Assembly: GCF_030028105.1 (NCBI RefSeq)
Contig: NC_092377.1
Coordinates: 83,606,569 to 83,670,568, forward strand
Reading direction: 5' to 3'
DNA: 64,000 bases
Source: Mobula birostris
Taxonomy: Eukaryota
Part shown: positions 1-12,010 of the stretch, in pieces
How positions within the stretch are numbered: the first letter of the stretch is position 1
Layout of the letters: the number at the start of each line of letters is the position of its first letter
The notes under the pieces: generated by a model
Told to the model about the DNA's origin: nothing
Database searches by the model: none
What the model saw: the letters and a program-made list of their open reading frames with translations, nothing else
Program-made: the position numbers and the translations under genes

Positions 1-2087
1 AATTACTAGATTACCCATAGCTCTCTATTTTTCTAAGCTCTGTGTACCTATCCAAAAGCCTCTTAAAATACCCTATCGTATCCACCTCCACCACCATCGC
101 CAGCAGCCCATTCCATGCACTCACCATTCTGAGTAAAAAAAATTACCCCTGACATCTCCTCTGCACCTACTCCCCAGCAACTTAAACCTGTGTCCTCTTG
201 TGGCAACCACTTCAGTCCTGGGGAAAAAGCCTCTGACTATCCATACGATCAATGCCTCTCATCAACTTATACACGTCTATCAGGTCACCCTCATCCTCTG
301 TCGCTCCAAGGAGAAGAGGCCGAGTTCACTCAACCGGTCTTCATATGGCATGTTCCCCAATCCAGGCAACATCCTTGTAAGTCTCTTCTGCGCTCTTTCT
401 ATTGCTTCCACACCCTTCCTGTAGTGAGGTGACCAGAACTGAGCACAGTACTCCAAGTGGGGTCTGACCAGGGTCCTATATAGCTGCAACATTACCTCTC
501 AGCTCCTAAATTCAATTCCATGATTGATGAAGGCCAATACACCATATGCCTTCTTAACCACAGAGTCCACCTGTGCAGCTGCTTTGAGTGTCCTATGGAC
601 TAGGACCCCAAGATCCCTCTGATTCTCCACACTGCCAAGAGACTGACATTTAATACTATATTCTGCCATTGTATTTGACCTACCAAAATGAACCACTTCA
701 CACTTATCTGGATTGAACTCCATCTACCACTTCTCAGCCCAGTTTTGCATCCTATCAATGTCCCGCTGTTACCTCTGACAGCCCTCCACACTATCCACAA
801 CACCTCCAAACTTTGTGTCATCAGCAAACTTACTAACCTCTCCCTCCACTTTCTCATCCAGGTCATTTATAAAAATCACGAAGAGTAAGGGTCCCAGAAC
901 AGATCCCTAAGGCACACCACTGGTCACCGACCTCCATGCAGAATATGACCCATCTACAACCACTCTTTGCCTTCTGTGGACAAGCCAGTTCTGGATCCAC
1001 AAAGCAACATCTCCTTGGATCCCATGCCTCGTTACTTTCTCAATAAGCATTTCATGGGGTACCTTATCAAATGCCTTGCTGAAATCTATATACACTACAT
1101 CTACTACTCTCCCTTCATCAATGTGTTTAGTCACATCCTCAAAAAATTCAATGAGGCTTGTAAGGCAGAACATGCCCTTGACAAAGCCATGCTGACTATT
1201 CCTAATCATATTATACCTCTCCAATCATTCATGATGTCCCCATTGATGATGATGATGATGATGATGCAAAGACCATCAGCATAGGTTCAGCAATCTCCTC
1301 TCTCGACTCCCACAGTAACCTGGGGTACATCTCATCCAGTCCCAGTGACTTATCCAAGTTGATGCTTTCCAAAAGCTCCAGCACATCCTCTTCCTTAATA
1401 TCTACATGCTCAAGCTTTTCAGTCTGCTGCAAGTCATCACTACAATTACCAAGATCCTTTTCCATAGTGAATACTGAAGTAAAGTATTCATTATGTACCT
1501 TGGCTATTTCCTCCGGTTCCATAGACACTTTCCCCCGTCACACTTGATAGATTCTATTCTTTCGGTCTTATCCCCTTGCTCTTCACAAACTTGTAGAATG
1601 CCTTGGGGTTTTCCTTAATCCTGCCTACCAAGGCCTTCTCATGGCCCCTTCTGGCTCTTCTAATTTCCTTCTTAAGCTCCTTCCTGCTAGCCTTATAGTC
1701 TTCTGGATCTCTAACATTACCTAGCTCTCTGAACCTTTTGTCAGCTTTTCTTTACTAGATTTATTACAGCCTTTGTACACCACGGTTCCTGTACCCTACC
1801 ATAACTTCCCTGTCTCGTTGGAATGTACTTATGATTAACTCCACACAAATATTCCCTGAACATAGGCCACATTTCTTCCGTACTTTTCCCTGAGAACATC
1901 TATTCCCCATTTAAGCTTCCAATTTACTGCCTGATAGCCTCATAATTCCCCTTACTCCAATTAAAAGCTTTTCTAACTTGTCTGTTCCTATCTCTCTCCA
2001 ATGCTATGGTAAAGGAGATAGAATTATGATCACTATCTCCAAAATGCTCTCCCACTGAGAGATCTGACACCTGACCAGGTTCATTTC
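1..2087 (-). mobile_element. CR1-clade LINE, 5'-truncated and degenerate ORF2 (EN C-terminus, RT, C-terminus); continues beyond window start
   Basis: Minus-strand peptides SDHNSI (EN), SQHGFVKG..CLTSLIEFFE..VDVVYIDFSKAFDKVPH..VTSGVP (RT), MEFNPDKCEVVHFG and LVRPHLEYCAQFWSPHYRK; broken by frameshifts and a deletion near 1229-1265. Confidence 0.92.
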
Positions 2088-2949
2088 CTGATGACAAAAG
2101 CTGAACTCCTCCTACCACACACAAGTGAAATTGACTGTACACAGCTACTTATCTGTTTCTCTATTTTCATTCTACCAACTTCCAAACAAATGGAATCTCA
2201 TTCCAACTTTTTATAGTATGTACCCTATTCAGTATGGAGAGGTATGTTGCATTGCCTGAGATATTCTCTCTCATGGGAACTAGAAAGCAGGACCCAACCA
2301 AGTGTAAAAAAAAATTTCCATAATATTGCATGGAAATTCATCAAGCTTTCCTGCTTGCTTACTCAACAACAACAACTAGACTTTAAAATAATTCATTGTC
2401 TGCAAAATATTTTAGAGATATCCTAAAAGGTAGAATTTAAATGAAAAATTTGCTTTTCTTTCTGAAGGAGCTGAAATTTTTGTCTGTGTGTGCAGAAAGA
2501 GATTGAAGTTATCCATGGGGAGGATGCAATGCATTTTCCCCTGTATCAAATACACTAATTCCTCTACTTTTCAATTTGCAGGAGATTCTGGTAAATGTGC
2601 CTTTCTGCATCTAAACTGGTCAGCAAACAAATACCTGTAACAAACCAATGGAAGTGATTTTGTTAAGATAAGTAAGTGAAAAGTATTTCAATTAATTAGT
2701 GGGCCAGCAACTAGAGGTGACAAATAGTGTGCCCTGCCTGCTGGCTTTAAGAGCCAACCTTTCAGTCAGCAAATAAACTTTTTTAGGATTGTGGTAAAAA
2801 GGATTTAAAATAAAATCAGAAAGAGCTGGAAACTCACAGCAACTCAGGCAGAATACGTAGAAAGATTTCAAGTAGCAGAGGGGAATACATCTAAAAGGGG
2901 AAGTGTGGGAACGGAGCGATTCTGAATTTGAGCACAATCATGTACTGCA

Positions 2950-4935
2950 TAAAATGATTAAAAAATCATCACAGTTATATGTAATTAAGAATTAGTGGAG
3001 CTTTATAGAGCAGCTTGTGGTTGAGCCCTATAGTGAAAATGCTATTCTGCATTGGTGTTGTGTAATATAACAGATTTGATTAGACAACTTAAAATAAAGG
3101 AACCCTTAGGAGATAGTGATCACAATACGATAGAATTTACCTTGCAGTTTGAAATGGAGAAGCTAAAATCAGATGCATCAGTAATATAGTGAAGTAAAGG
3201 GAATTATAGAGGCATGAGAGAGGAATTGACAAAAGTTAATTGCAAGGAAACACTAGCAGGGATGATGGCAGAACAGCAATGACTAGAGTTTCTGAGAGCA
3301 ATTTGCAAGGCACAGGACAGATACATTCCAAAGAAGAAACATTATAAAAGGAGAATGAAGCAATTGTGGCTGACAAGGGAACTCAAAGACAGCATAAAAG
3401 CAAAAGAGAGGGAATAAAATATAGCAAAAATTGGTGGGAAGCTAGAGATTTGAGAAGCTTTTAAAAAGCAACAGAAGGCAAGTAAAAATCAATAAGGAGG
3501 AAAAAGATAAAATATGAAGGTAAGCTAGCCAAAAGAGAATACCAGAAGTTTTTTTTTCAGATATGTAGAGTAAAAGAGATGGGAGAATGGATATCAGACC
3601 ACTGGAAAATGATGTTTGAGAGGTAGTAATTGGGGATAAAAAATGGCTGATGATCACAATAAGTATTTTACATCAGCCTTTACTGTGGAAAACATCAGCT
3701 GTAAGCCAGAAATTCAAGAATGTCAGGGGGCAGAAGTGAGTGTAGTTGCTATTACTAATGAGAAGGTGTTTGAGAAGCTGAAAGGTCTGAAGGTAGGTCA
3801 ATCACCTGGACAAGATCAATTACACCCAAGGGGTTTAAAAGGGCTTGCTGAAGAGATTGTGGAGGCATCAGTGAATCTTCCAAAAATCATTGAATTCTGG
3901 AATGCTTCTAGAGGACTGGAAATTTGCACTTGTCATTCCACACATTAAAAAAGAAGAGAAGCAAAAGACTGGAAATGATAGGCACCTTAGCCTGACTTAA
4001 GTAGTTGGTAAAATGTTGGAGTCCATTATTAAGGATGAGGTTTCAGAGTACTTGGAGGCACTTGATAAAGTAGGCCAAAGTCAGCATGGTTTCCTTAAGG
4101 GAAAACTTACTTAACAAATCTGTCAGAATTCTTTTAGGAAATAACTGGCAGGATAAAGAAAGGAGAGTCAGTGGATGTTGGCTACTTGGATTTTCAGAAA
4201 GTCTTCAACTGGATGCTGCACATGAGGCTGCTAAACAGGATAAGAGCCCATATTATTACAGGAACAATACCATTATGGATAGCAGATTGATTGACTGGCA
4301 GCAGGCAAGTAGTAGGAATAAAAGGGGGCTTTTTGGTTGGCTGCTGGTGACTTGTGGTGTTCCACAGGGGTCAGTTTTGGGAATTTTAGCACTGTGGTTT
4401 TTCACTATATATGTCAATGATTTGGATGATAGAATTGGTGGCTTTGAGGCTATGGTTACAGATTATACAAATTAGGTGGAGGACCAGATAATGTTGAGAA
4501 AGCAGGCAGTCTGCAAAAGGACTTGGACAGATCAGGAGAATGGGCAATGAAATGGCAGATGGAATATAGTGTAGGGAAGTATATGGTCATGCACCTTGGT
4601 AGAAAGAATAAAGGCATGGACCACTTTCTAAAAAGAGAACACATTGAGAAATCGGAAGTGGAATTGGGCTAGAGTGTTCCCGTGCATGGTTCCCTAAAGG
4701 TTAACCTGCGAGTTGAATCAGTGGTGAGAAAGGCAAATGCAATGTTAGCATCAATTTCATGTGGACTAGAATATAAAAACAAGGATTTAACGCTGAGGCT
4801 TTATAAGGCATTTGTAAGACAGCACTTGGAGTATTGTGAGCAGGGCCTCTTATTTGAGAAGGATTTGCTGGCATTGGAGAGTGTTCAAACGAGGTTCACA
4901 AGAATAATACCTGTAAAGAATGGATACATAAGGAG
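2950..4935 (+). mobile_element. CR1-clade LINE ORF2 fragment (host of nested insertions; continues at ~5478-5682 and 7225-7420)
   Basis: GDSDHNT, LKGLKVGQSPGQDQLHPR, VTCGVPQGSVLG, IYVNDLD, LYKAFVRQHLEYC; many stops and frameshifts. Confidence 0.88.
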
Positions 4936-4938
4936 CAT

Positions 4939-5470
4939 TCAGAATCAGAATCAAGTTTACTATCGCTGGCGTATGTTGTAAAATTTGTTGTTTTGCGGTA
5001 GCAGGACATTACAATACATGGTGATAGAAACTATAAATAATAATAAGTAATATATATATCAAATAAATTAAATACGAAATGCAATAAGAGTGGGAAAAAT
5101 ATTGAGGTGGTGTTCATGGGTTCATTGTCCATTTAGAAATCTAATGGTGGAGGGGAAGAAGTCATCCCTGAAACATTGAGTGTGTGTCTTCAGGCTCCTG
5201 CACCTCTCCTTGATGGTAGCAATGAGAAGACGGCACGTCCTGGGTTACGAGTGTCCTTGATGATGGATGCTGCCTTTCTGAGGCATCGCCTTTTGAAGGG
5301 GTCCTGGATGTTGGGGAGGCTAGTGCCCGTGTTGGAGCTGGCTGACTTTACAACTCTCTGCGGCTATTTCCTATTCTGTGCTGTGGCTTCTCCATACCAG
5401 ATGATGATGATGCAACCAATTCGGATGCTGTCCATGGTATATCTGTAGAAATTTGTGAGTTTCTTGGTGA
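4939..5470 (-). mobile_element. Rex1/L2-like LINE 3' fragment inserted in CR1
   Basis: (AGAATC)n tail at the left end; similar sequence recurs at 7604-7860, 39918-40130 and 41880-42420. Confidence 0.6.
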
Positions 5471-5788
5471 TATATTTGACGGTTCTGGGCCTGTAGTCGC
5501 TGGAGTTTAGAAGAATTTGGGCGGGAGGGGTGAGGTTGTCTCAGTGAAACCGATTGAATATTAGAAAGCCTAAATAGAGTGGATGCGGAGAGGATGTTTC
5601 CTACAGTGGGGGAGTATGGCAGCAGAGGGCAGAGTCTCAGAATACAAGGATATCCCTTTAGAACGGAGATGAGAAGGAATTTAAAAACGGAAACACGAGG
5701 AATTCTGCAGATGCTGGAAATTCAAGCAACACACACAAAAGTTGCTGGTGAATGCAGCAGGCCAGGCTGCATCTCTAGGAAGAGGTAC

Positions 5789-5824
5789 AGTCGACGTTTC
5801 AGGCCGAGACCCTTCGTCAGGACT
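5789..5824 (-). ncRNA. Minimal type I hammerhead ribozyme motif (Penelope-associated)
   Basis: Reverse strand reads AGTC-CTGACGA-AGGGTCTCGGCCT-GAAAC-GTC-GACT: conserved core, stem II, GTC cleavage triplet, stem I AGTC/GACT. Confidence 0.72.
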
Positions 5825-7121
5825 AACCGAAAGAAGAGCTAGGAAGAGATTTGAAAGTGGGAGGGGGAGGGGGAGATCCAAAATGATAGGAGAAGTCAGG
5901 AGGGGGAAGGATGGAGCCAAGAGCTGGACAGGTGATTGGGAAAAGGGATATGAGAGGATCATGGGACAGGTGGCCTAGGGAGAAAGAAAAGGGGGAGGGG
6001 GGAAAAACCCAGAGGATGGGCCAGGGGGATAGTCAGAGGGACAGAGGGAGAAAAAAGAGAGTGAGAGGAAGAATGTGTGTGTATATAAATAAATAACGGA
6101 TGGGGTACGAGGGGGAGGTGGGGCATTAGCAGAAGTTAGAGAAGTCAATGTTCATGCCATCAGGTTGGAGGCTACCCAGACGAAATATAAGGTGTTGTTC
6201 CTCCAACCCGAGTGTGGCTTCATCTTTACAGTCAAGGAGGCCGTGGATAGACATGTCAGAATGGGAATGGGATGTGGAATTAAAATGCGTGGCCACTGGG
6301 AGATCCTGCTTTCTCTGACAGTCCTTCCAGGTGAGGCGACACTTCACCTGTGAGGCGGCTGGGGTGATATACTGCGTCTGTTTCTCCCGATGCGGCCTTC
6401 TCTCCCTCCTGGCACTTATCCTTGTAAGCGGAACAAGTGCTACACATGCCCTTACACTTCCTCCCTTACCACCATTCAGGGCCCCAGACAGTCCTTCCAG
6501 ATGAGGCGACACTTCACCTGTGAGTTGGCTGGGGTGATATACTGCGTCCGGTGCTCCCGATGTGGCCTTCTTTATATTGGCGAGACCCGAAGCAGACTGG
6601 GAGATCGTTTTGCTGAACACCTACGCTCTGTCTGCCAGAGAAAGCAGGATCTCCCAGTGGCCAGGCATTTTAATTCCACATCCCATTCCCCTTCTGACAT
6701 ATCTATCCACGGCCTCCTCTACTGTAAAGATGAAGCCACACTCAGGTTGGAGGAACAACACCTTATATTTCATCTGGGTAGCCTCCAACCTGATGGCATG
6801 AACATTGACTTCTCTAACTTCCGCTAATGCCCCACCTCCCCCTCGTACCCCATCCGTTATTTATTTATATACACACATTCTTTCTCTCACTCTTTTTTCT
6901 CCCTCTGTCCCTCTGACTATACCCCTTGCCCATCCTCTGGGTTCCCCCCCTCCCCCTTTTCCTTCTCCCTGAGCCTCCTGTCCATGATCCTCTCAAACTC
7001 CTTTTGCCAATCACCTGTCCAGCTCTTGGCTCCATCCCTCCCCCTCCTGTCTCCTCCTATAATTTTGGATCTCCCCCTCCCCCTCCCACTTTCAAATCTC
7101 TTACTAGCTTTTCCTTCAGTT

Positions 7122-7157
7122 AGTCCTGACGAAGGGTCTCGGCCCGAAACGTCGACT
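7122..7157 (+). ncRNA. Minimal type I hammerhead ribozyme motif (Penelope-associated)
   Basis: AGTC-CTGACGA-AGGGTCTCGGCCC-GAAAC-GTC-GACT; intact CUGANGA and GAAA core, GGG/CCC stem II, palindromic ACGT stem III. Confidence 0.8.
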
Positions 7158-7224
7158 GTTCCTCTTCCTAGAGACGCTGCCTGGCCTGCTGGGTTCACCA
7201 GCAACATTGATGTGTGTTGCTTGA

Positions 7225-7420
7225 GATGGAATTTCTTTAACCAGGTGGAATTCATTGCTACAGATAGCTGTGGAAGCCATGACTTTGGGTATACTGAAAG
7301 TGAAGGTTAATGGCATCTTGATTAGCAAAGGTGTCAATGGTTACAGGGAGAAGGCAGGAGAACAGAGTAGAGAGGGATAATAAATCAGCCATGATGGAAT
7401 GGCAGAGCAAGCTTGTGGTA
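7225..7420 (+). mobile_element. CR1 3' end (continuation of the element at 2950-5682)
   Basis: ggttacagggagaaggcaggag...aaatcagccatgatggaatggcagagca, typical CR1 3' UTR; resumes directly after the Penelope insertion. Confidence 0.75.
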
Positions 7421-7479
7421 TGAATTTTGTATACCTTAACAAAGTTATATATGATTCTTTTAAAATGAAGAGGTTATGC

Positions 7480-8700
7480 ATTAATCTGATTAATTTCTCA
7501 TCCCTTGACAAAGCTACCACCCAAAGAATCAATCTGTGAACTTTTGCTCTGCTCCTTCAATTGCAAGTCCATGATTCCTCAGGAAAGGAGACTAAATCTG
7601 TACATCAGATTCAGGCTTTTATCATTGATATTGTCATGAAATTTGTTGTTTTGCACCAGCAGCACAATGCAAAACGTAATATCACCATCAGTTAGAAAAT
7701 TAAATAGATCGTTGAAAATACAAAAAATAAAATAGTGTTCATGTGTTCATAGACCATTCAGAAATTTGATGGTGGATGGGAACTAGCTGTTCTTAAAGCA
7801 TTGAGTGTATACCTTCAGGTTCCTTTACCTTCTCTGCTTTGGTAATAACGTGAAGAGGGAAATAATATTCCCGATGTAACCATACCAGGCCTCTACAGAA
7901 TTGGAAAAAAAAAGCTTCCCTGTTTATGTACTCAAATCCTCCATCCTAATTGCTTGATTTCAGTGATCTGTGTACGAGGGCACCAATGTCAACTCTAGTC
8001 AAATCAAGTTTATTGTCATATGCACTAGTATGTTGATGTACAGGTAACATATAGCTAGGGTGCAGAAGTACTGTGCAGTCTATATTTGAAAATGTGGAGC
8101 AGACAGCGAGTTTGTAAATCTGGCAGGAAAAAGGGATGTTAGAAATGGAGAGGATGGAGAACTGTGGGAGGGGTGGGGTCAGGTGACAGATAAGGAGTGC
8201 CAAGAGTGTGGTGTGGCACAGGCAGAGACACACCCAGCCCCGAGACACCAGGCAAGGTCACTTGATTCCATACAATTGGTTTATTTACCATTACAGAACG
8301 TCTTTGTGGTGCTTTGTGCTCCCTCCACTCTCCCTTCCCCTTTTTCCTGCCATGATTCCCCTCCCCCTGCTCCCTTCTCACTCTCAGTCCACAATAGAGA
8401 CCCATATCAGAATCAGGTTTATCTTCACTCACCTATGTCATGAAATTTTGCTTTACTTTGCAACGACAGCAGGTCAGTGCAATACTTAAAATTATCTCTC
8501 TGTCTGTCTGTCTGTGTCTCTCATACAGTATGCTTATGCTTCTTCACATAGTGCAGAGGGAACACGGAGACACAGGAGGCTGCAGCAACACAGGTGATGC
8601 TCAAGAACTCAGCAGGTCAGGCAGCATCTATGAAGGGAAATGCATAGTCAATATTTTGGGTCAAGGCCCTTCATCTGAACATGGGGAAGATTACTAAAAT
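7480..8700 (-). mobile_element. Cluster of old LINE/SINE fragments (CR1, Rex1/L2-like, Penelope-derived short repeat at ~8565-8690)
   Basis: Similarity to other repeats in the window, including a decayed hammerhead-containing segment at 8645-8680. Confidence 0.5.
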
Positions 8701-9144
8701 AGCTAAAAAGATAGGATTAGCAGCCTCATCTGCCCAAAGATACGAGGCTGAAATTCTGGGCTAACTAAAAGCTGTTGCATATTTATTTAGTGCAAAAGTA
8801 ATTCATTGTTTTTGAATCATTTTTCAGCCGTGGTTGAATGTGCAAGGTACCAACTCTTCTGAAGACATTTTTTTAGACAATGCAGATGCTAGTAGATTAA
8901 CCCAAGCTTCATTCTTAATCACTTAATAAATCACTGTAAATCACATCAAAGTTAATTTCCTTTCTTTATATGTTTGTGTTTGATGAATAATAAGAATAGA
9001 TTGTATATTTATTGTTAAGCAATTAGAAAATGCATGGTGAATTTAGGTGATAATCAGGTGGTGAGACTTGCATCAGCAGGTGTTCATTCCAAAATATAAG
9101 GCAATACTTTCCTTCCCACAGTAACCCCTCGACTCGCCTAAGTG

Positions 9145-9248
9145 TATGGGGTTGAGTGAGATCAAGATCCGCCATGGTGGAATGACAGAGCAGACTTGAT
9201 GGGTTGAATGGCTTAATTCTGCTCCTATGTCTTATGGTCTTATGGTCA
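9145..9248 (+). mobile_element. CR1 3' terminal fragment
   Basis: cagacttgatgggttgaatggcttaattctgctcctatgtcttatggtcttatgg, CR1 3' UTR plus tail. Confidence 0.7.
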
Positions 9249-9358
9249 TGTGGACCTGCTAAGTTATTCCAGCAGATTGTTTGAAATTCTGGAGGTGGTA
9301 AGTAGTGTGTACTGTCAATTGGCACAGAAACCAATATGCAAGTAAATTTATTTAGGTA

Positions 9359-10946
9359 CAGTGGCATGCAAAAGTTTGGGCACCCTTGATCAAAATTTCT
9401 GTTACTGTGAATAGCTGAGTGAGTAAAAGATGACCTGATTTCCAAAAGGTATAAAGTTAAAGATGATACATTTCTTTAATATTTTAAGCAAGATTAGTGC
9501 ATTATTTTTGTTTTGTACAATTTTAGAGTGAAAAAAAGGAAAAGAGCACCATGCAAAAGTTTGGGCACCCCAAGAGATTTGAGCTCTCAGATAACTTTTA
9601 ACAAGGTCTGAGATTAATTAGCTTGTTAGGGCTATGGCTTGTTCACAGTCATCATTAGGAAAGACCGGGTGATGCAAATTTCAAAGCTTTATAAATACCC
9701 GGACTCCTCAAACCTTGTCCCAGCAATCAGCAGCCATGGGTACCTCTAAGCAGCGGCCTAGCACTCTGAAAATTAAAATAAATGATGCCCACAAAGCAAG
9801 AGAAGGCTATAAGCAGATAGCAAAACGTTTTCAGGTAGCTGTTTCCTCAGTTTGTAATGTAATTAAGAAATGGCAGTTAACAGGAACGGTGAAGGTCAAG
9901 TTGAGGTTTGAAAGACCAAGAAAACTTTCCAAGAGAACTGCTGGTAGGATTGCTAGAAAGACAAATCAAAACCCATGTTTGACAGCAAAAAACCTTCAGG
10001 AAGATTTAGCAGACTCTGGAGTGACAACTGCACAAATATGACCTCCATGGAAGAGTCATCAGAAGAAAACCTTTCCTGCATCCTCACCACAAAATTCAGC
10101 ATCAGAAGTTTGCAAAGGAACATCTAAACAAGCCTGATGCATTTTGGAAACAAGCCCTGTGTTCTGATGAAGTTAAAATAGAACTTTTTGGCCGCAATGA
10201 GCAAAGGTATGTTTGGAGAAAAAAGGGTGCAGAATCTCATGAAAAGAACACCTCTCCAACTGTTAAGCATGGGGGTGGATCGATCATGCTTTGGGCTTCT
10301 GTTGCAGCCAGTAGCATGGGGAACATTTCACTGGTAGAGGGAAGAATGAATTCAGTTAAATACCAGCAAATTCTGGAAGCAAACATCACATCATCTGTAA
10401 AAAAGCTGAAAGTGAAAAGAGGATGGCTTTTACAACAGGATAGTGATCCTAAACACACCTCAAAATCCACAATGGACCACTTCAAGAGGAGCAAGTTGAA
10501 GGTTTTGCCATGGCCCTCACAGTGCCCCGACCTAAACATCATCGAAAATCTGTGGATAGACCTCAAAAGAGCAGTGCATGCAAGACGGCCCAAGAATCTC
10601 ACAAAACTAGAAGCCTTTTGCAAGGAAGAATGGGCGAAAATCCCCCAAACAAGAATGAAAGGTTCTTAGCTGGCTACAGACTGCATTTACAAGCTGTGAT
10701 ACTTACCAAAGGGGGTGTTACTAAGTACTGACCATGCAGGGTGCCCAAACTTTTGCTTCGGGCCCTTTTCCTTTGTTGTTATTTTGAAACTGTAGAACAT
10801 AGAAATAAAAAAGTTTTCTTAAAATATTAAAGGAATGTGCCATCTTTAACTTTCTGCCTTTTGGAAATCAGGTCACCTTTCACTTGCTTAGCTATTCACA
10901 GTAAAGGAAATTTTGACTGGGGTGCCCAAACTTTTGCATAGCACTG
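9359..10946 (+). mobile_element. Tc1-family DNA transposon, IR-DR type, with disrupted DD34E transposase (~9736-10731)
   Basis: TA|CAGTG...CACTG|TA ends; ~210 bp inverted repeats, each with two copies of GCAAAAGTTTGGGCACCC; transposase motifs SDEVKIELFG, TVKHGGGSIMLW, QQDSDPKH, PDLNIIENLW; frameshifts and a deletion. Confidence 0.95.
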
Positions 10947-11074
10947 TATATGGTAGAATGAATGTAAAATAGGACAGAAAATGCAATAAACCCTCAACAG
11001 GTCTCAAAAGCCCAAAATTCAGCAACCTCGTTGTAGAGTGTGGCTACTACATTAATCTAGGATTTTATTTTATT

Positions 11075-11735
11075 TTTTTTAGATTATGAGGACACACAGT
11101 CCTCTTTTATTGTCATTTAGTAATGCGTGCATTAAGAAATGATACAATGTTCCTCCAGTGTGATATCACAGCAACACAAGACAGACCATGACTGAAACAC
11201 TGACAAAAAACACATAATTTTAACATATTATTACAACAGTGCAAGCAATACCGTAATTTGATAAAGAACAGACCATGGGTACGGTAAAAGAAAAGTCTCA
11301 AAGTCTCTTGAAAGTCCCATCATCTCATCAGATGGTAGAAGGAAGAAAACTCTCCCTGCCATGAGCTTCCAGTGCCACAAGCTTGCCGATGCAGCATCCT
11401 GGAAGCACCCGACCACAGTCCGACTCTGAGTCCGTCCGAAAACTTCGAGCCTCCGACACCGAGCACCATCTCTGCCGAGTGCTTCGACCCCAGCCCTGGC
11501 CACCAACAACAGGCAAAGCTGAGGATTTGGGACCTTCCCTCCGGAGATTCTCGATCGCACAGTAGCAGCATCAGCGAAGCGGGCATTTCAGAAGTTTCTC
11601 CAGATGTTCCTCTGTGCTTCTCACGTCTGCCTCCATCAAATCAGAGTTGTGCACGGTCCCCTATTTAACAAATACAGATATCATTCACCGGAGAGGCCAC
11701 GCGCGCTGTATCGCACTGCCATCTTCCCCTCCCTC
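11075..11735 (-). mobile_element. Non-autonomous retroposon-like repeat (relatively CpG-rich)
   Basis: T-rich tail and ttttattgtcatt..aatgatacaatg 3' end at left, AAGATGGC-type start at right; no coherent ORF. Confidence 0.5.
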
Positions 11736-11976
11736 TTTTTGGTTCTGTTCTGCACACTCGTGGATAACCTGCTCACTTTGATTATCTGGGCTTACCTGTA
11801 AACAATAGAACAATTGTACAAGAAATGGTTGGGTTGCTAGGCCGAGAGTGGCCCCAGTGATTTAATACCATTCCAGTCAATCAGGTTTTTCTTTGAGCAA
11901 AGAATTTGTTGGGACAAAAAGACTCACATTTTGGTGATGACACTTCTAGCATAACTGCCTGAGATCACAATCACAA

Positions 11977-12007
<31 letters not shown>
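11977..12007. repeat. (CA)n microsatellite
   Basis: Direct sequence. Confidence 0.9.

Positions 12008-12010
<3 letters not shown>

Larger units (their letters stand above)
5683..7224. mobile_element. Penelope-like element, inverted two-arm insertion with GIY-YIG endonuclease C-terminal region
   Basis: ORF 6390-6827 (CKRNKCYTC..VIYCVRCSRCGLLYIGETRSRL..EHLRS..EEQHLIFHLGSLQPDGMN); 5720-6320 is the reverse complement of 6630-7224; TSD-like TGAGAAGGAATTT (5670-5682) / TGAGATGGAATTT (7222-7234) inside a CR1. Confidence 0.88.
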
